NCBI GenBank assembly: GCA_964016885.1
Contig: OZ024743.1
Coordinates: 39,742,001 to 39,806,000 of the forward strand
DNA: 64,000 nucleotides
Direction of reading: 5' to 3'
Source: Eledone cirrhosa
Taxonomy: Eukaryota
Part shown: piece by piece, positions 12,883 to 27,291 of the stretch
Layout of the letters: each line of letters starts with the position of its first letter
Position numbering within the stretch: position 1 is the first letter of the stretch
Made by a program: the position numbers and the translations under genes
The notes under the pieces: generated by a model
The model's input: the letters and a program-made list of their open reading frames with translations, nothing else
What the model was told of the DNA's origin: nothing
Databases searched by the model: none

Positions 12883-13179
12883 GGGTTCAAATCCCGCCGA
12901 GGTTGACTTTGCCTTTCATCCTTACGGGGTCGATAAAATAAAGTACCAGTAATGCACTGGATAATTGCTGGCCTTGTGCCTAATGTAGAAACAATTATTT
13001 CGGGCAGTATCGGTAGAGGGTCGGACATGCTTCCCAGCATAGTTACATCCCTTTACGATTTGAGTTCAAATCCGGCCGAGGTTGACTTTGCCTTTCATCC
13101 TTACGTGATCGATAAAATAAAGTACCAGTAATGAACAGGGTAATAGCTGGACTTGTGCCTAAAGTAGAAACAATTATTT
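12883..13179 (+). mobile_element. Two tandem SINE copies (same family)
   Basis: Core and tail match 33890-34080. The first copy is 5'-truncated. Confidence 0.88.
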
Positions 13180-14068
13180 CGAACATTTTTACACACATCA
13201 TTGTCAATTCTGTCAATGGTGTTCTAACAAATAGGTTTGAAGCTGCAAGGAAAATGTCCGATATTTTATCATACAACTAACAATACCTGTCTATAACGGA
13301 AACTCTTATATTTACGAAGTTTAAAGCATTTATAGATATCTCATATGTGGACTTAATTAACGACAAATTTGAAAATAAATTCATATGAATGAATTCTATA
13401 ATAAACGATGGTATCTTTGAACTACGGCTTGAACCGGAGATTTTCTGATTAAAATATACAACCAAACTTTGGAAAACATCTATTCAAATCGTTTTATAAT
13501 ATTTTCCTCATACGTTCAATGGTTACCTTCGAAAAATGATCGCTCATAGAAAATACACCCCAGAAGTGATTCTTATGGACGTACATCATCACAGCTTGAA
13601 TAATAATTCGAGTTATTAATTTAAAGCCTATCATATAAAACGATTTAGGAGTTACGGCGTGCAAGGAGGAAAAACCGAGTCAGTTATGCTATGTTTATTT
13701 GTAATAAATTAATAATCATAGTTATGTAATTTTTAATAAATGGTCAGTGAGGTTGTTCACCCAATCATTCTTTTGACAGTTCTATGTGGAATGATGTATT
13801 GCTGAAAAAGATGGACACAAATACCAACATATTTGTCATGAATGACAGATAGAATCTACGTTGAGGTAGTATTGCCTGAAGAGAGTAAATGCATAACTGT
13901 AGATAAAAATATGAGTGAATAATGTAGAAAATAAATGTATGTTTAAACATGTAGGGGGTTCATATTATTTACGTCAAATATGCATTATTCAACCATTTCA
14001 AATTAAGATGCCAATACCTATCTTTGCTGCACATTGGAGAAGTAATTTATATATATATATATATACAT

Positions 14069-14116
<48 letters not shown>

Positions 14117-15253
14117 ATGTGTGTGTGAATGCACATACATACATATATATATATAAATATATATCTATATATATATACATATGTATGTATATATGTGTGT
14201 GTGTGAATGCATATATATATATAAAGAAAATAGGAAAACAACAAAACAGAGGATGCATTAATATGAAGTCGTATTATTTTCACGCTCAACAGAAAGAGAG
14301 TAAATTTCAGTCACTATATCAGGCATTTGCCTTTTATCAGGAAAAACAGCGGTCAGAGTGTAGAAAAGGCAAAAAACAAAAGAAAAGAGGCAAACTACTT
14401 TTTTTTAAATGAAATAAGAAAGAAGAGAAAAGGGAAAGGGAGGAGGAAGAGTAGTGATGGGTGGGCAAGTGACCAAGCATGCTGGTTTTAGATTGAGGGG
14501 AGAGGTGCAGATGTGTAGTCGTGGGCATTGTGTAGGAGGGGTGCATTTTATGTTCAGTGTGGGCGTATAAGGGTGTTAAGTGATTTTTTATTGTGGAAAT
14601 ATGTGTGTGAATGTGTGAAAACATGCGTCCGCGTGCTCGCGCACGTATAAATATACTCACAAATCCATGCATGTATATGTGTACACAAACATAGACACGT
14701 GTTTGTGTGTACGCACTTGTGCATGCGTGTACGCGTGTGTATGTTTGAATGTACCTTTAGCAGGGATCTGTGATTATTGGTGTGTATTATGTGGTTGCAT
14801 GCATTGGTGTATGTGTGTGTATACTGCTGAAATGGAGTGGGTTCGTATGTAGTGTGGTCCGAGGTGGGTTTTCGAATTCAGGTTGTTCCGACGTGTATAG
14901 TGGTATTATGTAGAGGGGAAGAGAAAGGAATTGTGGGTTACTGGTAGACACAGGAAGTGTGTGGGTTGTATGTGTGTGTGTTTGTGTGTGCTCGTGCGTG
15001 TGGGTGAAGGTGGTTTTCAGATATATGGATGTGACTGTGTGTTATGGTCAGCAGTGAAATAGAGTATAAAAGACGGATGTTTAAGGAGTGTTTGTATAAC
15101 CCATTTGTGATGATGGTTGAAATATTGGTGATATTCGCGCGCGCAGTTGTACACACACACACATACACATATATATGATAATATATATATATATATATGT
15201 ATGTATATATATATATTTTTTTTTATGTATATATATATATACGTATTTTTATG

Positions 15254-15291
<38 letters not shown>

Positions 15292-15439
15292 GTGTGTAGG
15301 TTTGTTGGTGTGATTGTTTATTTATAAATATATATTTTATTCATCACATTGGAGTATTAGTTTCTAATGTTGCAAGCTTCACTAAATATGCCCCTCTGTT
15401 CTACCTACATACGGGAAGCAGTGTATGGAAAAAAAAAAA

Positions 15440-15529
<90 letters not shown>

Positions 15530-15984
15530 AAGGAAGAAAACGTACAATCACTAAAATTGCAGAAACCAGCCCAAGAGCTACGGTCATGGGTTTAAATCAT
15601 TATTGATAGATCGGGCGTTAAACGGTCTGTTCACAAATAACCATAAAATAATATAAAATTGTGTATGCTAATACATTATTACAAAAGTATTTTTTTAAAT
15701 GTGTATAGCCTAGCCAACGATTGTGGATTATCAGAAAATAACAGACGTGGGTGTGTAAATTAAAAGATTTATTGTCCATTACGATTGTATACATGAATTA
15801 ATCTATCTTTGCTTCTATTGTTTTATTATGAGATATCTCGTATTTGCATTGTATAAAGAAAAAAGGAAATGCAGGGAGGAATACAAACATATATATATTA
15901 GCACTCGATTATTTAAACATTCAGGAACATTAGCAATTTTACAATAGAAGTAATAAAGACAAATGAAATGATTATTATTAATGG

Positions 15985-16020
<36 letters not shown>

Positions 16021-16097
16021 TTGTGTGTATATTTATATAATTATATATATATATATATACATATACAGCCCCCCACACACACACACATAAACACGCC

Positions 16098-16128
<31 letters not shown>

Positions 16129-16194
16129 TTCGACAGTCGATCGAATTTCGTCAAATCGGACCAGGATACTATGTTTCCATTGGTCTTTCCAATT

Positions 16195-16280
16195 GCTAAT
16201 ACCATCTATCGAAGTATAAAAGTGAAATAAAGTGTCTTGCTCAAGGTCATAACGCATCACCCGGAGACCGGTAATCGACA
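16195..16280 (-). mobile_element. Fragment of a different tRNA-derived SINE
   Basis: Minus strand reads GCGTTATGACCTTGAGCAAGACACTTTATTTCAC. Similar decayed relics probably lie at about 38215-38395 and 40790-40965. Confidence 0.45.
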
Positions 16281-19200
16281 ACAAAAGCAAATGCAAACTG
16301 AAGATATATGTAGGTAAGTATGTATGTATTTGAACTGCTAAGGTTATCACTGCATAGATTATAGTAAGCCTGGTAATATACTCTCTACTATAATGTTCCA
16401 AACGACTTACGTCTCATAACGCATTTCGCAAGAGGACGCAATTGCCATGTATATATGTAGCTTGAATTCGAATTTCTTCCGTCTTTAGCATATTTCTATT
16501 AATATAAAATGACATAGGGCGGTATCAACCTAAATTCTTTTATCAATTAGCCTTCCTGCCTTGCTGTTAAATATGTATATTCATCATAAGGAGCAGAAGC
16601 AAGTACAACTGTAGAATGGGAATGGATGTAATTATTGATTTATCCATCCAATTTATCTAATGGTGTGTATTATAATCTCTGTTAAAGGTCGCAGAACAGT
16701 GCTGCCTAACACATTGTACATAATACATATTTATTTTTAAACTGTTCTAATTTATTAAAGTGAACGAACCCGTTTTCAAAGCCTTGTAGTGAAGTCGTAT
16801 TCAACGCACACTAGTATTTTATAAAAGATGTATGAATCATGTTTTTAATAATGGTACATGATCATTCTAAATAGCATTGCTGTTTAACGTGTTATACAAA
16901 ATGCCTTATTTTCTCTTAAGTTACTATGATGCATTAACAATATTCGAAGACCATGTGGGTGTAAGCATGATCAACTAAATATAACAGCAAGACATCTCCA
17001 TATTACAGTCTACGCATTCGTAAACGTCCTATGTTTTTTTTTCATAAACTGTCTACAAAACATTGCCGTCCAAAAAGAAGTAGAGCATGTTTCGGGTTGC
17101 TATCAAAATGGGAGGAACTGTGTCGCTACCACATTTCTATTGATTTTTTTTCATTATTATTTTTCATTATTACTATTTCATATAATCTAAACATATGAAC
17201 TCGATTTTAGAAAAATCCTTTTTTATTGAGAATATTAGGGATCGTCTATGCTGACACTAGATATTCTAATCATAACAGAGAAATCTTCAAATGTCAATAT
17301 ATTGCCCGATAAAATATATTTAGATGATATTGTTCTGTTCTATAGACTCTGAAAATAGAAGGGAAATGTCCAGAGTTCAATTTTCTTTTTTTCTGAGGTA
17401 TGACATACCTTTTACAACAACAGCTATAGTAGTAAATTCGTCTATGCATGTTGTATAACTAGATGTGGTATTATTATACATGCTATAAAGTTAATTTAAG
17501 ACACGTGTTTGTAGGTGTTACTTGTTACCAATAGTAAATGCGTTGGAGGAAACCCCGAACATATCGATTTCATGACCGTTACGTGACTGAAAATAATATA
17601 AAGCCCTCTGAAAATGAAGCTAGCTTCATGAAAGCTTAACCCATTCTTACTGCTGTCACATATTTTCAGATGGATCAAACGGAGTAACATGAAATCAACT
17701 GCTTTGCTCATGGACGCAACAAGTCACTTCATCTAAAAAGTGAACCTACCAACTCATGGCCCAATAACCTACACACTATCTGAGGCTATAATTGAAAACA
17801 CACTCCCGAAATAATGTGTGTTACTGAAACCAAAACTACTTGGTGTCGAAGTAAACTAATTAACTAAACGGCAATGCGTCTGTCACTGATTCGACCAATG
17901 GTACTCCTAAACATATGCAGTAGAATATGCATGTGTACATATACAATCATTCCTTAATTAACCAGCTGCTTCGTTCCGTAGACCTCATTGGAAATATAAT
18001 GCGTCGGTAAATGCATTGTTCACTAAACAATTGAGTACGTTTTCAATGGAATAGGGATAACATATATTTAAGTATTTTTCTATCTCTCTCTCGGAAAATA
18101 TTGAATCTATGTGGGGAACGTTGTCAAGTATACGGTTTATATTAAATAAATTATCTGAATAAAGAATGTCTCAAAGGTCTAATGTAAAAATAAAACTCTA
18201 TTAACAGTAAAAACAGAATTTTTAAGATATATAAATAGGAAAGTAGGATAATTAACAGAGATAAATATATAATATAAAATAAAAGAATTACATGAAATCA
18301 ATTCAAAATGTACCACCTACTTCTTCTTCTTCTTCTACATTCATGTTTCAACTATCTTTACTACAGTCTCAATTAGCCATATTATAAACCCAATAAAAAT
18401 TTAACTCTGTGAATGCCAAATGCAACTACTCGAGCTCAGCCCCAAAGTCTAGAAAAGAGTATGTCGCTAAGAGAATATCAACATTGTAAGCTAATCTCAA
18501 AATATATAACAAGTAACTCGGAATTCTTTAAGTATGCCCAGTCAATGCAGGCCTTAGTATATAGATAGTGTACACACTAGTCTATGAAATGGCAAGTAAT
18601 GGTAACTGCAATAATAAGAGTAACAGCCACCCGAGAATTAAACATAACCATGAATGTAATGCGACACAATCGAGTGTAAACTATATGAATAGAAATGGGA
18701 ACTATGAAAATATGAATGATAACCAGAGGAATGGAAACAGAGATATCAACTGTCATTAAGGGTCTGGATCTGTTAGGAGAATCAAATATAAAATCAGCAT
18801 TTATTATAGAAAATAATAGGATCATACGAACTGACAAATAGCCTATCTCATACCGAAGAAAGCTCAATGCAAACAGTCAAACAAACGTATGGAATAAATA
18901 AGATTAAAGGCATTATACGTATCACTACTAGTTATATAAGGTACAGTAAGAATGAGCTGAAACTACAGCAACACTATAACTATAATGAGCATCGTAAACG
19001 CTTAATGGAAGCATAACCAAACGGAACTGCAAATGAAAGAACCATCTGACCTCACTGCGCAGTTAAATATGTATCCGGAATATCATAATAATTATGAACA
19101 ATCAAGCGAAATTTCACGTAACTGAATAACAAACAGCACAGACAATGACAGAACAAAATCACAAACAGGAATAATAAAAAAAAATCGATTGTGTAATATA

Positions 19201-19477
19201 TTATGGTATAATACGGTGTTGGACTGGAAATAAACATAGCAAAGCTGTTCTTTAAAGCACTAGATATGTGTTTCCAGAAACACATAAATACAATATAATC
19301 TGTAATAGACATAACGTTATAGTATCGCATTTCCCTGCGCAGAACATCGCCAAAAACTTAGCCAGAATTAATTAGAGTAGTTTAAGATTACACATTAGAA
19401 TGGAAAATATAATCGATAGATTGAATGTATTGAATAAGGAGGATATCCGGATTAAAATGCCTTTTAATAATAACTTC

Positions 19478-19907
19478 TCCTTTAGTGACAAAGCCGACAC
19501 TTTTTGGGGAGGGGAACGTCGAAGTCAGCCTAGTTCGTTACTGGTGCTTTATTATGTCGAACCTGCAAGAATGAAAGGCAAAGTTAACCTCGATGGGATT
19601 TGAACTCATAATCTAAAGGGCTGTAAATGTATGGAAATCATACTGGCCAAAGCTCTACTAGTACTACCAATCTACTGCCTTAGTACGCATTCTAATAATG
19701 GTTTCTTATATAGGCACAAACCCAGTAATTTGGGGGGAGGGAAAAGTCGATTAAATCGACCCCAGTGCATGACTGGTACTTTATTTTATTAACCCCATAA
19801 GGATGAAAGGCAAAGTTAGCCTCGGCGGGATTTGAGCTCAGGCATAAAGAGCCGTAACGCAAAGCACGGCGTCCGACCCTCTACTGATACTGCCAATCCA
19901 CCGCCCT
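19478..19907 (-). mobile_element. Two tandem diverged SINE copies
   Basis: GATGAAAGGCAAAGTTA(A/G)CCTCG...ATTTGA(A/G)CTCA occurs twice (first copy AATGAAAGGC...). Confidence 0.8.
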
Positions 19908-20829
19908 CAGTACGCATTCTAATAATAACACATCCCACGTAACATTCCCACATGTAGAAAGAATTGTACATTCTGAGTATAGAAATAATCACCCTGCTAA
20001 TAGGAATCGGAATAAGACTGTAACCGAATGTTCAACTGCAAAAACCCTGCAGTAACCGCCCTTTTAAACAATTGCCTAGAATCGAATACTGTATATGAAT
20101 ATGCGGTTGTTAAAGGGAGTAAATTATATAGATAAATAGGAGCGACTAAAACTAGATTCAAAGATAGAGAATAAACATCGCCACACTTTCACTAGGATAA
20201 TCAAACATAATAGTATTTGATTACATGAATTAATATAGCAATTAAAAACTAATACAGCTCATTATGTGCCGTGTTCAAAATTTAGATGAGTGCACCCATA
20301 TGTAGGATAATCTAATACTTATAATTTATTTATATGAAGACTAGGGACATTCTTATGGGTGTCCCACCCCATATAATAACCCAGAAGCAGTTACTTGTTT
20401 TACACTTGCCTCTGGAATCTATCTAAAATACTTTTTTTAAATGGACAACTATTAGTTAACAACATACATCTCAAGGTTACTAGATGCAATTTTAACATAT
20501 TGTAACACTATACGGAGATCCCAAATTACGTTAGCAGAATAACACCCCCCACCCCCCAAAAAATGCAGGGCGTAAACGTAATGACGCATTGAAATATAAA
20601 ATTAACTCTCACGGTTCGAACTACAATAAGAACATACAATCTCCCAAACATGAACATAGAAGTGCAGACATACTCTATCCCACAACAACCAATGTTCCAT
20701 AAACAAACTTATGTAGAGTGAAAATAGAGACATTCTTTTCAGTGCCCCACCCCATATAATCCCCAGAAGAAATTACTTATTTAACACTTGCCTCTACAAA
20801 CAATGTATGTGCAGCAGCATCAGGTCGTT

Positions 20830-21635
20830 TCATTAACAATGCATTTGGGTCACACACCAGGTCTGAGCGCAAAGCCAGCGACTCATTCGCAGGCTTCCAT
20901 TCTGGTGATTAAGCCTTAAAAGTTGATCTTCCAAGACATTCATCCGACTTCAATGACGAGTACATGTCTAAGATGGTGGATGCGTACCGAAGCCAGACAT
21001 TACACGAATTCTCTGACGTGCGTGGGGCATCGAAAACAACCATCCCAAACTGACTGAGCATAAGCGTGAATGTTGGGCAACTGTTGTGATTGTGATTGCC
21101 CTGTTACCATCGCATCATCAACTAGCTACACTCCATTGTCATTTGTGATGAAATAAGATATCTTTAAATTAATGTCAAGTGAATGCGATCGTGGATTAAT
21201 ACAGATGGCAAGGCCCTATTGAGTGTCAGGGGGCCTCAGAAGGTGTCATCCACTACGAGCTTCCCCCACAGAATACCAGCTTCATTTTTGACGTCTATTG
21301 TACAATCGTAAATAGCACATACACCCACACACGAGGCTCCTGTTCGATTCCTCCATGATAACGCTCGCTGGCATACATCACGGATGTCTCGTGAGAAGCT
21401 ACAGGAACTAGGCTGGAAGGTTCTGTCCCACCCACCGTATTGGAATGACCAGGCGCCTATGGACTACGACCTTTTTCACTGAATGATCAATGCGACACAC
21501 TCATAGACCGGAGCGAATGAATGCCAGTGAAATCAGTGGCTGCTGGTATCATTTGCATCGAAACCAGAAGAATTCTACTGGGATAAAATCAACTGCCTTC
21601 ATAAAGTATAGTAGACGATAACGGTAAATTATGGG
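20830..21635 (+). pseudogene. Decayed mariner (Tc1/mariner DD34D) transposase
   Basis: Peptide fragments ICDE (about 21140) and FLHDNARWHTSRMSREKLQELGWKVLSHPPYWNDQAPMDYDLF (about 21348-21476) correspond to the HDNARPH and YSPDLAPSDY motifs. There are multiple stops, and no TIRs were identified. Confidence 0.85.
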
Positions 21636-21795
21636 GATTGTTTAGACTTGCAAAATTTACCTGGGGTTAAAAAATGCCGAAATCAATAAACATGTAAAAA
21701 AACAGCGAGAAATAACACACACACACACACACGTATACCCCCCCCCCCCAGCACGCACACACATACACACACACACACAAACTCACACATAGATA

Positions 21796-23269
21796 TCATT
21801 ATCTATAAAAGGCAGTTGTTGTTGTTGTGTGTGTGTGCAGGTTCCATGTTTATACATTTGCACAATTTTAAACCGATTCAACTCAAAGTCTGTAAGATTG
21901 TTGTAAATAGTCTAACTTAGTTCAACGACTATTTATTTCATTCACACTCACCCACAATTACGGAAATAATCGATAAAACTAAATACATGACGCTTTACCC
22001 CTCTAATACAATCATATTACCTCTCTCTATTCCCTTCAACTTTAAGAGAGAGAACGTTTGTTTTTTGATTGTGGAAGGGTGAAACATTTATTTACTTCAA
22101 TGTCAAAGAGAACTTATTACATTTCATACGAAACAACAATTATTCCAAGGCAACAGCTAAATTTATTCAACACCAAAAATATAGCGATAAATCTTTTTTA
22201 AAACATCTATCAACGAACGTGGAAGAAAGAAGTATCAGTTAATTTACTATAAACAATAATATCCTCTATGAGGTCACTAAACCTGCTAGAAACATCAGCT
22301 AACTCTCCCCCATATCACACCACTCCCTACTGTCTTAAATTTAGAAAACATATCCTCTCTGAGGTCAATAAACCTAGTAGAAACAGCAGCTAACTCTCCC
22401 CCATATTCAAAAGCAACAGATATATTTATTCAACAACAAAGAAAATAGCGATAAATCTGTTTTAAAACATTTATCAACGAATGTGGATGAAAGAAGTATC
22501 AGTTCATTTACTATACACGATAATTGTTTCTACTTTAGGAACAAGGCCAGGAATTACCCAGTGCATTACTGGTACTTTATTTTATCGACCTCGTAAGGAT
22601 GAAAGGCAAAGTCAACCTCGGCTGGATTTGAACTCAGATCATAAAGGGACGTAACTATGCTGGACCTCGGCGGGATTTGAACTCAGATCGTAAAGAGACG
22701 TAACTATGCTGGAAAGCATAGTTACGTCCCTTTACGATCTGAGTTCAAATCCCGCCGAGGTTGACTTTGCCTTTCATACATAATAATATCCTCTATGGGG
22801 TCACTAAACCTGCTAGAAACAGCAGCTAACTCTCCCTTATATCACATCACTCCCTACTGTCTTAAATTTAGAAAACATATCTTCTATGAGGTCACTAAAC
22901 CTGCTAGAAACAGCAGCTATATCTCCCCCATATCACATCCCCTCACTACTGTCTTAAATTTAGAAAACACACATTAGACAACCATTCAGAACAACTCCAT
23001 CGCAGCTCTGTTGTTCGGCTGGTATCGTCTACGCGCGTGTTTGCGCAAGTACTGTGAAACAATAAATTTCAACACTTCTTTGGACAGAGATAATATCCAT
23101 AGGCGAAACTACAATTGTCACTGCTGGCGCAGCTCCTGCTTCAGCAGTCCAGGTCTGCAATACATTCACCCAGTGCCTGGCAGACAAAAAAAGTGCAGCC
23201 ATAAAATGGGTGGTGCAACCTAACTTTGTGAACTTACTGACCCCGAGCAAGGCCGGGTTTTAATGCTAG
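21796..23269 (+). mobile_element. Probable non-autonomous Helitron carrying internal duplications and SINE fragments
   Basis: The 5' end is A|TC...TCTATAAAAGGCAG followed by a (GTT/GT) microsatellite. The 3' end has a hairpin CCCG-AGCAAGGC-CGGG (23242-23257) followed by CTAG|T (23266-23269). Confidence 0.55.
22521..22777. mobile_element. Rearranged SINE: minus copy, partial duplication and fold-back into a plus-strand partial copy
   Basis: The inversion is centred on ATGCT-GGAA-AGCAT (about 22706-22719). Confidence 0.85.
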
Positions 23270-24075
23270 TATATATATATATATATCAATATATACACAC
23301 ACTCACACAAACACAGTCTCTGTCTCACAAACATTGTTTTAGGGTATTTCTATAATTACATTTTTTCACAGGGAGCCATCGATCGAGTTCCAGGTTATAA
23401 GAATTGTCTCCAATCCCTTCGTTGTCCATTTTCATTGAATTTTAGGAGCATATCTATCCTTAATTCGGTAAATTACTCTGGGGTTCATGAGAACAACAAG
23501 CAACGTATATTTTTCCATTTTCTTTTTTTAGATTTTACATTTCAGTTTCCACCTCTTTATCACGGATTAGATAAATAAATACATATATATGTCCCTACCA
23601 CAATATCTCGCTAATTAAATAAATAATGTAAAATATTTAAGTTGTAAAATATAACTTTTAATGTATGCTCGTGGAAACAAAGCAGGGAAGATTTAAGGGA
23701 GATATCAGAAAATAAAAACAAAGAAATACATGAAACGATATTAATACAACAATATTTCGGGAAATAAATAAACATGAAAAATATATGAGATCAATATATA
23801 TGTGCGTGTGTTAGCTTAGACTTTTCACTGAATCATGGATTGAAGTAATCAGAAACTTTAATAATCAAAATTATTTTCATGATGATAATTATAAAGATGA
23901 TGATTATGATGTTGATAATGACAGTGGGGGCGCTTGTTATTGTGGCCTTCGTGGCAGTCGCAGGTGTTGTTGTGGGTTTGCGATTCTTCCGGCTTACTCC
24001 GTGGAAATATGTGTATACACATGCAAGCACAAACACATAGACAAACATATATATATATATATATATGCATGTATG

Positions 24076-24156
<81 letters not shown>

Positions 24157-24353
24157 GTATATATATATATATGTATATATATAACATCTCATACAAAATC
24201 ACTGAGCTGTAAATTACAGTTAAATAAGGTAAATTAAGAATACTCAACAAGCTTCCTTCTCTAGACATAGAATGTTAGTTACTAATTTCCTTTGCGGGCG
24301 TTTCCAAGATCTAAAAAACGCTTGACCATCCCACAGTTTCTGTAAGGTGTAGG

Positions 24354-24412
<59 letters not shown>

Positions 24413-24936
24413 TAAAAGATGAAATCGAAAATGCAACTGGAGTCTTATTTTTTAAAAATATATATATATATTTATTTGGTTCCTTTACCGGTTTCACAGT
24501 TCTTCTGCTTTTCAAAAGTAGAGTTGAAATGGCGGGTCTGTGGTTTTTCTCACAACTTTCTATACCTTACAGAATCTGTCTGATGAAAAGGTTTTCTGGT
24601 AGGATACACTGTCTCAATGTTTTGGGGATGGTTCTTTGATCTCGAATAACGGAACTTAGTGAAGCCTTATTGTTTTAAATTGCTTAACTAAGACTCTCGA
24701 TCTGGAAATATACTTGTGAAGTATTTATATTTCAGATCACTTTCTTTGGGTCTCTCTCTCACTGATATTTTATGAAATAATCTATATGTTTTTGCTTCTC
24801 TGAATTACATTTATTTTATCGATAGTTTTCCACTGAGTCACAAATTATATTGGTGACAAATATACCTTTGCATGATATAATTAAATAAATAAATAAATAC
24901 ATAAATACATAAATAGATAAATATATATATATATAT

Positions 24937-25008
<72 letters not shown>

Positions 25009-25728
25009 ACGATAAGGTGCGTTGATAACACCATGTATAAGGCAGATATTTATGAGCAGATATTCAATACTCGAATGAAGATGATTAAGATTCTTATGTT
25101 GCTAGTTATTGTGATTGTTACAGTAATGATAACAACGCTGCCAAGCGTAACGGTTTTTGTTTTGAGCTCGATGCTAATGGCGGAGAGGCGCGATTATGAC
25201 CTCTGTATTTGAAATCTGTAAAAGAAATATGAGACAGAGTTAGTCTTTTCAGTACATAAATGAAATATAAACAACCAGCAAGTAAGAATAGAAATAACAA
25301 TATCTACTAGTTTGTTACAATCGAAATATACAGGGACATAGTATATATTACGGTAATATTGAGAGATTTATCATCGAAGCAAGAAGTGATACAGATGATG
25401 ATAATAATGATGACGATAATGATAATGATAATATTTGTGCTGTTACTGATGACATTGAGAGCAATGCTGAAGCTGATCATAATAACTGTAATGAGGATGA
25501 TATTCATGAGTTTGTTGGTGAGGATAATGATTAAGATGATGATGTAGGAATCTGGTGGTGATGATGGTGGTGCTGGTGGAGCTGATGCTAATGCTGGTGG
25601 TCCTGGTGGTGTTAACAGTATCGTATGTTACGTAGTGGCCACGAAAGAAAAGGAAGAAAGGAATTCAATGATATATTGCGGCGTTGATGTTCATGTATGA
25701 GTGGATGACAACAATATATTGAACGCAG

Positions 25729-26453
25729 ATGTTCTGATGTTCTTGTAGAAAAAAACAAAACATTGTTATTCTGTGTATATAGATATAAATTCCTTATGTT
25801 TTAAATAAGATTGATATTTTTCACTAACACGTTTATCGTAAAATGTTATTCTCCTTAGATTTTAACATTAGCATTATTCTTTTATAACATCAAATGTTCG
25901 TGTAACTTTCACTGGCTTGACTTATTTTCATCCCCAAAGTAATCTTTTCATTCTAAATACTCTTTCCATTCAAAACTGAGGTCTGCTTTCCTCTACGCCT
26001 AAATTAAATTTCTATTACTACTATTCTATCATCTTGTCCATTTACTACGTTTCTATGGGTCAATTCAAAACCTGTTCCCAAACAGACCTTTTATATTAAA
26101 TATTTATTGTTTTTTTCAATAAACAAATATCATTATTTCTGAGGACAGCATATATATGTGTATGTATGTATATTCCCTCTGATAGTTTGTAAACATTTTA
26201 CATAGATCTATATGATATACATACCAACACACACATATATATCCTAGAAACGATCGTAAAATGATGAATTTTTTTAATATAAGGAACTGTTTCTTTGTTT
26301 TTATTCATTATTTTTATTAATTTATCTTGACTCTGTTTTCCTGTGTTTTTCATCGAAAAAATGTTGAATACATCTTCTCTTTTCATGATATTTGGATTAC
26401 ATTGAGTTCTTCATACGGATTGGACACTACCGTATATTTTGGTAGATTTATCT

Positions 26454-26508
<55 letters not shown>

Positions 26509-26553
26509 CACAGAATAACTATGTTTTATTTTTTTTACAAGAACATCAGAACA
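25729..26553. repeat. ~55-bp inverted repeat pair (25729-25787 / 26497-26553)
   Basis: ATGTTCTGATGTTCTTGTAGAAAAAAACAAAACATTGTTATTCTGTGTATA versus TATACACAGAATAACTATGTTTTATTTTTTTTACAAGAACATCAGAACAT. Confidence 0.65.
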
Positions 26554-26578
26554 TATATATGTGTGTGCGTGTGTGTCA

Positions 26579-27030
26579 GGCCACCAATTGGTGCTACTGG
26601 TAACATGTATCCCAGTACAACCTGTCTCATGGTCGGGTTGTTGGCGACTAAACTGGCAACCCCACCGAGGTTTTTTGGTTAGGAGGGTGACTTTGGACAT
26701 CCTGCAGGACTAAAACCAAAACCTGTCAAAGGGCAAAGGAGCTCTTAAGAGTCAACGGTCATCCAAAATCACCGGGAGAGATGACCTCTTAGCCTTTGTC
26801 AAAGCAGAATTCTAGGAGAAGGAAAACTCTGATATAACACCTGCAACCCTCATGGTATCCAATGATGTTGACTTGTTCTTCTTTTTGGTAAATATCATCT
26901 TGGTTAAGAGAGTGAGACTGGCTTTGTGCAGTGCCTTTTCTCAGTATAAAAGCTTCACAGCACAGGCATTGCTTTATATCTGGAGATCTCTCTGAACTTG
27001 TCGTCACATGGTACCATGGGCCCAGCACTA
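26579..27030 (+). mobile_element. RTE-like 5' leader fragment
   Basis: It starts right after (GT)n. It contains a GGGTTG...CTAA...CAACCC motif and CTAGGAGAAGGAAAACTCTGA, which I recognise from RTE-type 5' regions. There is no ORF. Confidence 0.45.
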
Positions 27031-27179
27031 TGTTTCAATAATTGTCACAAGTGTAGTGTTTGTACGAGAGTTTTCAAGTCGCTGGCTGGACTAAAAAGTC
27101 ACACTCGTTCAGCGCACGGTAGGAGTTCTCCTACATGGATATAAAGTAGTGGCCGTACTCGAAAACGAGTTGGCAGCCA

Positions 27180-27291
<112 letters not shown>

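Noticed and set aside
22258-22975. ~90-bp repeated units suggestive of a CRISPR-like array
   Set aside because: The context is eukaryotic, there are no unique spacers and no cas genes; these are simple tandem duplications.
24575-24620. CTGATGA followed by AAAGGTTTT
   Set aside because: There is no downstream GAAA/UH in the proper geometry.
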